A stretch of 64,000 bases of DNA. It comes from Octopus bimaculoides. Lineage: Eukaryota. The stretch spans positions 140,213,562 through 140,277,561 of the forward strand of contig NC_068981.1 of the NCBI RefSeq assembly GCF_001194135.2, in the 5' to 3' direction. Within the stretch, counting starts at the first letter, position 1, and every line of letters begins with the position of its first letter. A program made the position numbers and the translations under genes. Under the pieces are notes generated by a model. The model saw only the letters and a program-made list of their open reading frames with translations. It ran no database searches and was not told the origin of the DNA. Of the stretch, positions 12,105 to 24,520 are shown one piece after another.

Positions 12105-12760
12105 ATCTCATTCATCGCCACTTATTCCTAGGAGCGTCGTGAAGCAGAGTATTCAAGTACATTTTCCATTAGGTCTTACCAGAAGCAACTGTATCCAACC
12201 GAACGGCTGGATCCCCCACCAAGACCAACCAAGCTCATGGATTTTCTCCAACTAACTTGTTCGCGGTAAACCGAAGGCTTTCCTGTTAGTTGTTTTTTTT
12301 TTTATCCATAAAACCTATCCAGCGATTCTTCTGTTTCTTTCTGAGTCATTCTTACCAAACACATTTGGTATTGAAATTCGGAGTAGTAGCTGCTCTACTT
12401 GGTGCACCTCCATTATCTCCGAGCTACGCACTATATCAGGGTTGCTCTTGTGACCTTTAAAGGGATCCCATTTCTACAGCAGCTCCTGCAACTACTGCAC
12501 TTCATTCAGCTTCTTGCCTTCCATCACTTATGAAAACGGCTCTGTGTTACTTGAAATTTCTCCACCTGCTTCAGTGGAACTCACTCACATATAGATTGCA
12601 TTGCACCGGCTTCCTTGAGAGGACGAATGTCTCAGCCGTTGCAGCACTGGTTTTCGTTCCTGCCGAAAAGCACTCGACCGCAAACCTATCAAGTGCAGAT
12701 CAGAAATCACCTTCCGACGAGACGAGTGGTATCCGCAGTGCTGTTAGAGACAGTAAAAGC
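12105..12760 (-). mobile_element. Degraded RTE-clade LINE (Rex3/Expander-like), RT C-terminal half and 3' end
   Basis: Frameshifted motifs SEGDF*SALDRFAVECFSAG, ETFVLSRK, PLKQVEKFQ, VRSSEI..VEQLLLRI and GLPRTS*LEKIHELGWS. Confidence 0.75.
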
Positions 12761-13464
12761 GTCCATATGCAATATAAAAGACTATATCATTACATATACA
12801 TATGTGTAGGTATGTTCGTATGTATGCATGTACACATGCATTCATACATATATGTATATAATCAAACACATTAGCAATTGCGCACTCACATATACATTAT
12901 GTATCTTAAAAGCATGCTTTGAGGTGTTTTCTTCTTTGAAACGGCCTGAAATATTATATAAACTCTGCTATTTATTGCCTCGTGATCATTACATTTTGCA
13001 ATCTTAATTCTAAAGTCTATGAATAAAGACACATGACTGTCTATATGCGTGTATTCATTTCTGCATACATACATGAATACATGCATACATAAATATATGT
13101 CTTTGTGTTTATGTGTGTGTATAATACACACATATACACGTATATCAATATATGTACAAGCACGTAACTAACTGTGTCTGAGTGTTGCAATGTGTGTGCG
13201 CCTTTTGTCTCTCTCTCTCTCTCTCTCTGTATATATATGTGTGTGTGTGTATGTGTGTTTGTAATTTAATGTGAAATATGAACAGATGTCATAATTGTAG
13301 GCAGTCTTTTGGATTTGGTGAGTATGCCAAGTCGTAGGAGTTGTTAGATTTTTGAGTCAGTTGTCAGTTGATGGCTACAGTGTTCACTGTAGTACGGTAG
13401 ACCACCAGTATTATTCCTGTTCCCCTTAATACTTTATCGTTCATATATTTAATGATTGCTTTTA

Positions 13465-13682
13465 CATCTAGCGCAAGGCAAGCAATTTCAGGGGTAGGAC
13501 TAGGTCAGTTATATCGACTCCAGTGAGCACTAGAGTACTTACTGAGTTCTTATATTATCGGACCCGAAAGGATGAAATGCAAAGTTGACATCGGTGGCAT
13601 TTGAAATCAGAACGTAAAAACAGATAAAATACCGCTAAGCATTTTGCCTGGTGTCCTAATGATTCAGTCAGTTTGCCGCTTT
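13465..13682 (-). mobile_element. SINE family A
   Basis: cccgaaaggatgaaatgcaaagttgacatcgg..atttgaaatcagaacg..ataccgctaagcattt matches the other A copies. Confidence 0.85.
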
Positions 13683-14653
13683 AGTAAAACTATAAATACA
13701 CCAATATCTCACTTGCCGACGACCCGCTTTATGAAGCCCCGGGTTTACGAGTTTTATTTTTTAATCAGAAGATACAAATTTTAAACGAAATGCAAAAGTT
13801 TATAATACCATAACAAATGCTTCTGTGTGTTACCGAGAAAGTTATAGAGAGCAAAAATAAGTTTCTTTTAAGCAAACAACTCTGAATTGTTTATTAAAAA
13901 GAAATCTACAAGTCCGTGTACGTGTGCTTGTGAATTGACGATCGCATCTGTTTGTGAGTGGGCGATGGGGTGCGCGAGTCGAATGTAGGTAATTTTTACA
14001 CCGGAAATTCCGTCACCGGTTTTTCAGAAAACGATAACAATAATAATATCTTTATTATAAATGATCTTTCAAATCTTGTTACTTTACATAAAATATTTAT
14101 TACATTCTACTGTTGTTTCATTGTCATTTATTTACGAGTATTGTAAATTTTATAGGTAAAATATTTTTTTACGGACAATTTATAACATTGCTACTATGGG
14201 GGTGGGGTTGCGCTGTTTTACGATTTTTCGCATTACGAGCGGTCTCTGGGAACAAATTGCCTCGTATACCGAGGCATTACTCTATTGTCTTTTCCCTCTC
14301 TGTTGTAGTCTATATCATTATAATTATTGTTAATCTTTGCTACTACTACACCTTCTGCATTTGCCACTTCTAATATTACCGCTCCTGCCACCATCACTAC
14401 GACTAGAACAACTGCCTCTTGAACTACTGCCACCATACAACTATTATTACAGGAATAAAAACTACTGCTACTGCTATTAGTACTACTACACAAACTTGCC
14501 CTGTTCAATGAACCACTCCTTGAAGCCTTAAGTCTTCCGACTCATTGTATTCTTCAAATAATGTGCCAGAAGGATAATGAAGAGATAATGAAGAGAGGAA
14601 GAAAGAAGTGATATATGAAACACAGCTGATCCCAAATATCACTGACAACTGAC

Positions 14654-14750
14654 CGGTTAGGCGCACCCAACTAGAGCGAATGACCAATACCAATAAAAAC
14701 AAAAACAACAGAAACGATAAACGTATCGCTGTATTTTTGAGAATTTTCAT
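14654..14750 (-). CDS. Candidate first coding exon with signal peptide/anchor, MKILKNTAIRLSFLLFLFLLVLVIRSSWVRLT, phase-1 donor
   Basis: ATG with A at -3, basic n-region, 14-residue hydrophobic core, donor G|GTCAGT after 97 nt, locally CpG-rich. The hydrophobic part overlaps a low-complexity tract and no downstream exon was found. Confidence 0.3.
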
Positions 14751-14920
14751 AATCAGATGAATTTTTTGTCAGTGAGCAGGTCGCAGTTTCTAGCGATAAA
14801 AATGCTGACACCATATAACAAATAAACGTCTAAGTGAAGTTGACGCTCTTTGTGTATTTCTAAATGGCTAATTCACGTCTTCGACACGGCAATCACTATC
14901 TCTCCTCCTCCGTCTTTCGG

Positions 14921-14965
14921 ACAGTCTGATGAGAGCTAAGCAGGCCGAAACTACAGTCGATACTA
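14921..14965 (+). ncRNA. Degenerate hammerhead-like motif (family H3)
   Basis: CTGATGA (14926-14932), GAGCTAAGCAGGCC, GAAAC, TACA, GTC. Core and GUC triplet intact; stems I and II poorly paired. Confidence 0.4.
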
Positions 14966-15061
14966 TTGATAAAAAGCAATAAATATGTACTCACCAAGAA
15001 AATCGAAATTGCTTTTACCATAACTTGACATAAAAAACCTATTTATATGTATGTGAGTGTA

Positions 15062-15114
<53 letters not shown>

Positions 15115-16649
15115 TTATAGAGAAGCAAGCGTGAAAAAGACTGGGAAAGCGCAGAATGAAAGGAAGTTCTAAATGTGATATAATTTGTCAAATCACTTTG
15201 ACAAATATAAAGGTAAAAACAGACTTATCTCTCCTTTAACTTGTTTCCAGCTGACCACCATTTGACCATCGGAGTATTATTTGACTGCAAAATTAGACGT
15301 TTATACTAAATAATTACTAAATGTAGAATAAGTACTGTGGTCAAATTGATCTTATGACGCCCTTAAAGAGATAGCAAAATATGACGAAAGACTTCAGTTT
15401 ATATACTAGAGACCATAAAAATATAAAATCTGCAGCGGATTTGAAATATATTAGACTTCATCGACAGGTACCCGAAATACTAGAAATAATACTGATTAAC
15501 GGCTTGTCTTTAAAGATATCCTTAGTTTTCTATGTTATTTGATTGTACATTAAATCTATATAGCTGAATACTGTGACTTAATATATCCTGTGTGAAAATA
15601 GAATTATTTAATATGACAACGAGAGAAACCAATTTCACAAGACCAAATGAAAACTGGCTTCTGTCGATGTGAATAAGCAGAAGTAAAATATAATGTCATA
15701 GGCGTCAAATAATCTACCGCCAGAATGTCTATCGCATGTAAATAAGATATTATTGAAAAAGACCGTAAAATATCCTGTTAGGGTAGCTATTACAAGTAAA
15801 TCTTTCTAAATATTTTCCAAACAAAATAAAGCTTGTCAATTTAGATAAAAATGCTTTATTTATTTCTCATTATTTGCTTTCGCTTATTGCTATCGTTATT
15901 ATTATTGCCATTATTATTACTATTACTACTATTATTATATCGCATATAAATGAACAGTTATCTATTTATGACCTATCGTGCCATATAATATATCGTATTT
16001 CAGTATATGACGTTTAGATTGTAAATCATATACATATGGGTCCTACAAGTTCCGCACAGAAAGGAAAAAAAATATGTTCGATTGGTCTTTCACTGGTACT
16101 AAAATGAATTGCTCATCGCTTTCAAGACCTCTCTATTTTAAAATGTTCTATTTATAAAAACTTAGAAAGTCATAATTTCTAATTGTATGATGTTCCTTGC
16201 ATTCATCTGTACTTCTAGCATAATAATACTGATACAGAGTAAAAGAATATCCTATGTAAAATATTTTCGTTGGTTAATGTTACAAACAACTTGTTATCTT
16301 CAAGCAGTTTTCATACCATTTTCCACGCACTTACAGACTTCGCATCGACTGTGGATCGTTATGAAGAATGAAATGAATGTCCTACCGTTATTGCAACAAA
16401 TAATGGCATATAGTAACGCATTTTTGTCTGATTTAGTTCAGCCTAGACCAAGTAGACCTATAGTTAAAGACAGATTGCTTAGATCTTCAAGTCTGCCTGG
16501 AATGACATAATCCAGTTTGTCTAATTTTATGAAATGTCTAGAGATTGATCCGTGATATGAATGTTTATGAATGTATTTATCGGGAATAGTTTACTACCGT
16601 TCGTACATCAGCACTTGGTTTCAAATTTTCGCACAAGTTCAGTAATATC

Positions 16650-16820
16650 GAGTGAGTCTGTGAGTCGATTACATCGACCCTAGTACTTAGCTGGTACCGA
16701 TTCCAAAGAGATAAAAGGTAAAGTCGACTCTGCTGGAATTTTAACTCGGGAGTTGAAGACGGAGGAAATGCTGCTGAGCATTTTCACCGGCAAGCTAACG
16801 ATTCTGTCAGCTCGCTACCT
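16650..16820 (-). mobile_element. SINE family A, diverged
   Basis: gtcgattacatcgaccc..aaggtaaagtcgactc..ggaatttt..agcatttt..ctaacgattctgtcagctcgc. Confidence 0.8.
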
Positions 16821-17347
16821 TGCGCTTACCTCTTATATGTATAAAGTTGCTGATATCTGCATAGAAGAAAATTAATAATACTTATGTATGGTTTATGATA
16901 TATTTCTGAATGCAATTTAAAGTATTTTACGTAAGGAACGTGATGATAAAAATATTGCAAATTCTAGTTACGTGAAAAAGATTGTGAATAAGAATGCAGA
17001 TTTATTTGATATTCATTTTGTGCATTTTAATTTTTTTATCATCTCCTCCAATATTTCAATGGTTAACCGAAATGAAATAGACGTTAAACCTCACCTAGAT
17101 TCATACAGTGTTTGATTTCCGGAACATTATATCAAATATATGCTTTGTCTGTATTGTTTCATTGGTGTGATGTTAATAGATTATTGTTGACAGGTCAAGA
17201 TTTGTGTGTGAAAACATTTGCTCTCTAAAAACATACATGGTTTTCGCAGTTCGGCTAATTATTGATTCAGTATATAACAAGTCGCAAAAGTTTTCAGATT
17301 TATATTTAGTATTTATCCCAATTTCACCAAGACACATCGATAGTTAA

Positions 17348-17419
<72 letters not shown>

Positions 17420-17912
17420 NNNNNNNNNNNNNNNNNNNNNNNNNNNNNNNNNNNNNNNNNNNNNNNNNNNNNNNNNNNNNNNNNNNNNNNNNNNNNNNNN
17501 NNNNNNNNNNNNNNNNNNNNNNNNNNNNNNNNNNNNNNNNNNNNNNNNNNNNNNNNNNNNNNNNNNNNNNNNNNNNNNNNNNNNNNNNNNNNNNNNNNNN
17601 NNNNNNNNNNNNNNNNNNNNNNNNNNNNNNNNNNNNNNNNNNNNNNNNNNNNNNNNNNNNNNNNNNNNNNNNNNNNNNNNNNNNNNNNNNNNNNNNNNNN
17701 NNNNNNNNNNNNNNNNNNNNNNNNNNNNNNNNNNNNNNNNNNNNNNNNNNNNNNNNNNNNNNNNNNNNNNNNNNNNNNNNNNNNNNNNNNNNNNNNNNNN
17801 NNNNNNNNNNNNNNNNNNNNNNNNNNNNNNNNNNNNNNNNNNNNNNNNNNNNNNNNNNNNNNNNNNNNNNNNNNNNNNNNNNNNNNNNNNNNNNNNNNNN
17901 NNNNNNNNNNNN

Positions 17913-18096
17913 ATATTTAAGAGATGAGGAATTATGTACATTATTTACATTTGACGGATATTTGTCCTCATCTTGTTTGTTGTTAACACAACGTGTCGGC
18001 TGATATACCCTCCAGCCTTTATCAGGTGTCTTGGGGAAATTTCGAACCTGGGTTCTCATTCCAAAGGTACTTTTCAATGTTGTTGTTGTTCTTGTA

Positions 18097-18130
<34 letters not shown>

Positions 18131-18215
18131 TTGTTGTTGGTGTTGTTGTTGTTATTCAGGTCATATGGAGTAGTNNNNNNNNNNGTTGTTGGTGTTGTTG
18201 TTGTTATTCAGGTCA
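17913..18215 (-). mobile_element. Tail of composite element H2: (AAC/AGC)n linker followed by an HHR-bearing tail
   Basis: Minus strand reads tgacctgaataa-(aac)n..(agc)n-aacattgaaaagtacc..ccccaagacac-HHR-aacaacaaacaagatgagg; cut by the gap at 17912. Confidence 0.65.
17985..18030 (-). ncRNA. Minimal type I hammerhead ribozyme motif (H2) with two core substitutions
   Basis: GACAC-CTGATAA-A-GGCTG(gagggtatat)CAGCC-GACAC-GTT-GTGTT: stem I GACAC/GTGTT, perfect 5-bp stem II, GUU triplet. G8>A and A14>C relative to CUGAUGA/GAAA. Confidence 0.6.
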
Positions 18216-18349
18216 TATGGAGTAGTGGAAAAGAGCGCGGGCTACTAACCCCAAGATTCCGAGTTCGATTCCAGGCAGTGTCGTGAATAATAATAACAAC
18301 AACAACAACAACCATAATAATGATAATAATAATAATAATAATAATAATG

Positions 18350-18389
<40 letters not shown>

Positions 18390-18407
18390 TAATAATAATA
18401 ACATTGA
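18216..18407 (+). mobile_element. tRNA-derived Pol III head plus (AAT/AAC)n linker of composite element H2
   Basis: A-box TGGAGTAGTGG (18218-18228), B-box GTTCGATTCC (18263-18272), anticodon-like loop CTACTAA, then tgtcgtgaataa-(aat/aac)n-aacattga. Acceptor and T stems are not well formed, so not a real tRNA. Confidence 0.7.
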
Positions 18408-18539
18408 CGTTGGAAAAAGCAGCATGTGCACACTATAAGTTCTAATTGACTATAAACTCTGTATCCAGTGGTTTTCTAGATCGCGTTATGACAGTGGGAA
18501 ATCATAAAACACTCTGACGAACACTATATCAACTTTTGT

Positions 18540-19300
18540 GTGAAACTGGGCTCAGTTTTATCATGTACTGTCCTCACCTTAGTTGTCACCGATTTAACTG
18601 CTGTCAGTTATCTTATGCAACCACCATCCACAAGGGATGTAGACACCTCTTGGAGTATCTGCAAGGACACCATGACCACGAACATAAAGGACAACCTACA
18701 ACAGGCTGATGATAATGTCGTTTCATTCGCAGATTAAAACTCAATCATTACATATGATCGCAGTTCTGTGTGTCCGAAGAACATGAAGATATGTGGTACT
18801 CCTTCAAGTGGCTATGTAAACCGATTCTTAGGGCTTTTCTTCCTGCTTACGCTTAATTATTTTAAAATGAGACCCAGTCTGCGCAATCCGCTGCCTCTTT
18901 TTAGACTTGTAGGTCTGACCACAGTGGCTTAGCAACCTAAGACGGCTTCTTTGCAGTGACGAAGAGCTCCATAAACCCTGGAGTTACGGGATGACAAAGA
19001 ATGCATCGAACCACTTGAGAGACTTTACTCTTCGACTTGCCGTAGAAGTTGATTCCACCCAAGCCTTTTCCTTTACCAAGGCACTCACAATGTAGTGAGG
19101 GTTTGTGCTTGGAGCGTCTTCCATAAAATGCTAATTCACTCATAGCTGGGACCCTGACAAGTGCTACTACTCTCAGTCAGGGTAGAAGTGCGAACAATAG
19201 TTGCTAAGAGGTGGTTCCAACTTCTCAAAACCTTTGGACTCCCGAATTAGGGCCTCACTACGGTATGCAGTTCAAAGCCATACGAACACACCATTATATA
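18540..19300. mobile_element. Highly degraded LINE/SINE-like remnants
   Basis: DVDTSWSICKDTMTTNIKDNL resembles the LINE EN-RT linker; GC-richer non-simple sequence; family not resolved. Confidence 0.3.
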
Positions 19301-21065
19301 TATCAGAAATAATCTATCTAATCATGAGCCGATGCATTAGTTTCAAATTCTATCCTTCATTATTCCAAGTATTATTCTGTGATAGTAAACGATCATCCTT
19401 ATCAAAGTAAAGATTCCAACTGAAATGCAGCCTTTCTCTTCGGTACATGAAGATAATTCTGCACTTATCCATGAAATATTATGCATCAATTAAAACTATC
19501 AAGTAAGTAGTTCCAGAAACACAGACACATGAACCACATCAAGAGAAAAGTTATTCGACTTATCTAAAAGCAGCAATATCAAATAAGTATTTTTCTATCA
19601 CTACAAAGAAATCTTTCAGTCAGGTTTGCATTAGTGTTGTATATTTTGTTTGTTGTTTAGTTAAGTTTGCATATGCTGGAAAATGTTTTAAAAAGAAAGC
19701 TTCAAGTAGAAACTAAAATCACTTCGCATTTTCAGGTTACTTGATGTTAACGCCGTACGTAAAACATTTGTTACTTTTGACAATTTCCTGTATGTTGAAA
19801 GAAGAAAAAATAGTTCTATCCTTTTGTTATTTAAGAATGAGGTTAACAAAAGTTTTGTAGTGAGATGCCGTTAAGAAGGTACTGAGGTTTTATTGTAAAC
19901 TAAATTTTTTGTACATTTAATAAGAAAATAATATTCTGCCGATTGTTAGGTTTGTAAGGACACTAGAGCTTCTGCATTGGTTTATTTGTTCTGGTTATTG
20001 CATACTGAATTCTAATTTCGGCATATTTGAGATGACCAGTAAGCTTCACCGTCAACTAGTTTAGCACCACATCCGAGTTTTTTATGGAATGTAACTTGGT
20101 CAAATCTTTAGTTTAACGGTACCTTCCCCTTTCCGCTCAACTAGTCTTTGTGGACATGAAATACAAAGCTAGTACTTCGATAATACTTATTTAGTCAACC
20201 CAAAATATATTTAAGAAAAAAATACAAAGCAAACCTTGGTTGGATTTGAAGTCAAAACGAGTTGGTACGCAACTAAAAAGATGCAAATTACAGTGTTAGA
20301 CCCTCCACCAAACCTGTTAATCCACAGCGTTTCGAAAAAACCGTTGCTATTGTTATCGTAAAATATTAATCAAATTTAACATCATACCATTAACAAATTC
20401 ATTGATTTGTAAAGAAAGGCTAGTCTAGTTTATTTTGTTTTCCCTCGAACTATGTGTAACGTATTCCACATCAAAGAGTTAATCGCCAGCCACTGGAAAT
20501 GAGCGTATTGCGAACAGCCTGGGATTAGATAAAGTTCTGTTTGAAATTTACATATGCTTATAATCGCTTCAAAATTACATTAAGAAATTAATAATACATG
20601 CAGAAGGAAAATCTCCACGGAAACACTGACTGACTGATATGAAAATAGGATAAACGGTTCAATAAGCACAAACTTACCAAAAACGTAAAAAAAAAATATA
20701 ACAAAAACAAAGAAACAGCAAAAAAAAAAAACAAAAAAAAATAAAACTAACTAAATAACTACTGAGACTTACGAACGATTCGTCATATGCAAATACATAG
20801 TTAATATTACACGAATATTATATATTCTTTCTGCACACACACACATACACACACGCACACACACAGAGAGAAAAGCGCATTCTCACACATTTACAAATAT
20901 ATGCTTATCTCACTTCGTCTCCCTGTATCAGTTTGTCTCAGCTACTCTACATACATCTCTCTTGGTTTCATTTTTTCTAGCTGTACATTTCCACTCTCAC
21001 ATACATGCATGCGCGCACACATACACACACACACATATATATATATAGACACATTTATATATACA

Positions 21066-21140
<75 letters not shown>

Positions 21141-21172
21141 GAATATATATATATGAATATATATATATATGA

Positions 21173-21205
<33 letters not shown>

Positions 21206-22469
21206 TCCATCTTTCTATTTATCTATCTATATATATGTATATACACGCAAATACACACACACACGCATATATATGCACATATATAAATGCATATTCGTAT
21301 ATATGTACACAGGTTTATATATGTGTGTGAGCGTGGGTGTGTTTGTGTGAGACTGTGTTGTTATGTTTGAATGTGTATTCATATATCTGTATATGAAAGA
21401 ATGTATACACATAGATACATACATATACAACAATCTGTGTGAGATAAAAATACGTTTACGCCAATATTAGTACTAGATATGATATTTCCTGACGGCAGAA
21501 TGACTATAAGCTTATTAAATGTGCCAAGAAGACATTCATGCTAAATGTCTGTTATAAGATGAGATTAAATTATTTAATCCCCAAATCCTGAAACTTTTTC
21601 ATTTATGTCTTTTAAGTTAGAGAACATTTTACTTCAGATTGATGTCGTTTTGCTGTTTCTATGTAATGAAGCTGGAAACAAGATAGTATGAAAAGAAAGT
21701 AGAGATAGAAAAAAGATCCATATGTACGCAATACTTCCTATAAAGTAGAGTATCTTTCTAATAGAGATACAAAGGTTTCTCTCTCTCAATAGAATTAAAA
21801 ATGTTTAAAGCTGACTTTTCGAAAATGTTGCTTTCTATTACTGTTCTACTTACAATTTAGAATTGGAAAGTGCATGTTAGTAAGTCATGCCCTTCCTCCG
21901 GCTCTAAATCACTGTTCTTTGGGATTATTCAACAGAGAAGTTCCTTATTGACATTTTGTCTTTTGAATAGATAGACTAACCTGAGAAGATTCAGGATTCA
22001 AAATGTCTCTAGAGACATTAATTTTCTTATTGCTTGGAAATATAGGATTTCAAATGAAGAGAACCTAGTTTCTATAACTGCACATAATCTTTTCTTTCCT
22101 GTCTGAAAATACTGCATCAAGCATTATGGTTGCACTTCGAGCATTTTATAGACTTGTCTCATCGATCTGTCCTGTGATGGGATATATGTCTGTATGTATG
22201 TATGTATGTATGTATGTATGTGTGTGTGAGTGTATGTATGTGTGTGAATGTATGTATGTGTATATGTGTGAATGTATGTATGTATGCATGTATTTAATTA
22301 TTCAGCTTTATTTCAAGACTTCTTGGCAATAAAGAAAGAGCCAGTTTCTAACTTAGACCCAATGCCACTTCATCGAAATTTTAATAGGATATTTTCGCTT
22401 GCATGTATACATGTGTGTATATGTGTATGAGTGTATGTATGCATGTATGTATATATATATATATATATC

Positions 22470-22935
22470 TTCTAGAAGATTAAAGATTATAAACTTGCCA
22501 CCCACTTTCGCATCAATCAACATTGCAATCGTGGTATCTTTCAATTTGTGCACATCAAACCTAATAAGTGTGTTTCTTTCATTGTAGGACCTTTTCTGCT
22601 TGAGCCTCATTGTCATTATGACGAAATCCTGATTACAGATGACATCCATACTACGGAACGTCATAGTGCTGGTCCTGTTGATGGTGTACTTGAAATTTTG
22701 TGATGCGAACATGAAGCCTAGTTATTTGTGAGTCCTGGGTGCGTGCCATGTTTCGCGCAATGTTTTGTGTGGGAAGATTGTGTACGTTAGTTTCAGTTTA
22801 TGATTGCTAGCAAATTCTAAGAGTCGCAGTCCAAACTGTTTCACTGTCCCTGCCCCTTGCTTATATGCATCCGGGCCTGATTTGGCGTTCCCGTGTCCTA
22901 AGACATTCAGTACACATTTTTGGGAGCTGGTCTGG
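22470..22935 (-). mobile_element. RTE LINE APE endonuclease fragment (inverted 5' part)
   Basis: GHGNAKSGPDAYKQ, RLLEFASNHKLKLTYTIFPHK, and NQDFVIMTMRLKQKRSY..IRFDVHKLKD..GGKF..NLLED. Confidence 0.85.
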
Positions 22936-22964
22936 TGATTTTCTCGAATTCCTCTTAGAATTCC

Positions 22965-23941
22965 TCAACGACATCAATATCATAGAAAATCTCTGACAGA
23001 CACAATCAAGGAAGCACTTCAGGAAATGGCTCTAAAATTATTTGGGAGAAGAAGGGAAAATGAACCGTGGGTCGCTGATGACACCTTGAATGTGATTTAA
23101 GAAAGAAGCTGAGGAAGACTAAGCTAAAGAGACAAGGGACAAAATAGCAATAGAATAATGTGAATAGGAAGATTAGGAATAAAATGAAGGGATGCAAAGA
23201 GAAATGGATGGCAGGTTCATCGAGGCTAGAATAAAGAAGGTCACCCATGATACCCGTTCTCATGAAAGGCAACTTATTATTATAGAACAATCAGCCTACT
23301 TAGCTACTACAGCAAAATATTGTTAAGTGCTCTGCTAAACAGACTTAACGGTGGAAAGGTAGAAAAAAAATCATTGCAGGAGAAAAAACAGGAGTTAAAG
23401 CCAAAACAAGTACTGTGGAACAAATATTAAACATTAGACCCCTCACTGAGAAATATCTAGCAACATCAATCTGACCTCTATCATAATTTTTGGACTTTGA
23501 AAAGGTCATTCACCATATTTGGCAGGAGATGAAGAATTGCAGCTTCGACAACCCACCTCATCGAAGTAATCCAACCAGCGTTGGAAATCTGAAGCAGTGT
23601 AGTTCCCCTGAACAAGAACATCAAAGACTTCTTCAGGACAACAGTTGATGTTAGACAAGGAATCCTCTTTCCAATACTTTTCAACATCTTCCTATAGAAC
23701 ATCATGCAGGAGACACTCCAAGACCTCCACCATTCTCCAGAGCACAATTCAGTGAAAGCGAAAGGGAGGCAGTCAGAGAAGCGCCTGTTTTCACAATGTC
23801 ATGGATTGCACAGGTAACAACACAGCGACCCTGATTCACATGACAGAGAATAGACACCAGTGATAATGCCTAACTACGAAAGCGCCAAGAATGGCACCCG
23901 AACGAGTGGTCACGTCAGTTAAGGGATATTTATGATGATGA
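22965..23941 (+). mobile_element. RTE LINE linker, RT and 3' end (degraded, internally deleted)
   Basis: YRTISLLSYYSKILLSALLNRL, STVEQILNIRPLTEKYL, DVRQGILFPILFNIFL; ends in a (TGA)n tail. Confidence 0.85.
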
Positions 23942-23949
23942 TTCTATGG

Positions 23950-24520
23950 CACTGTGTTTTATTGGAAGCGAGATCAAACTGCTGCTATGCCTCGTAAACG
24001 AGGACATCCAATAAGATCAAAATCATGCATATTCTGGAATTAGGGTGGCGTGATTTTTTCTGGCTTGCAATAAATATCAAGTTTGAAAAGCGCTCTGAAT
24101 AAACCAGTTGGCGGCGATGTCTTCCTGGGGTTAAATAGCAGTTTCGTCGGTTCTTAGAGGACAGCCACATCAAATTCGCCATTATCAATACTTTTTGGTT
24201 CGTATACTGCTTTTATCTCGAGCGTACTAGTTTCTTAGTTACAAAATCAGTGATTGTACGACACCGTGTTTTCAATATACTGCAAACGAGATTATACTGC
24301 TATGCAGGGCAAACGAGTACTCATCACCGAGGAGATCCAATACAGACGAAAACCACGTGGTCTGGATGTCTTGGAGCTGAGATTGCAGGAGTTTTCTCCT
24401 GATTACAATAAATATCGAGTGCGAGAAACGCAATGAATAAACCAGCTAGAGGAGACGTCTTCTTGGAGTTAAATAACAGTATCTTCGTCTCTTAAAGGAC
24501 ATCCACATTAGAGTAACCAT
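23950..24520. repeat. Old tandem duplication of a ~310-340 bp unit
   Basis: Matching blocks cactgtgtttt/caccgtgtttt (23950/24262) and tgaataaaccag..gtctt..gttaaata.cag..aggaca.ccacat (24096/24434). Confidence 0.7.

Noticed and set aside
14258-14276. TGCCTCG-tatac-CGAGGCA hairpin
   Set aside because: A 7-bp stem is expected by chance in 64 kb.
18125-18225. Direct repeat of gttgttattcaggtcatatggagtagt either side of a 10-N gap
   Set aside because: Unmerged contig overlap (assembly artefact).
18216-18285. Apparent tRNA-Ser(ACT) gene
   Set aside because: Acceptor and T stems are mispaired, there is no long variable arm, and it runs into a trinucleotide linker; it is a SINE-type head.
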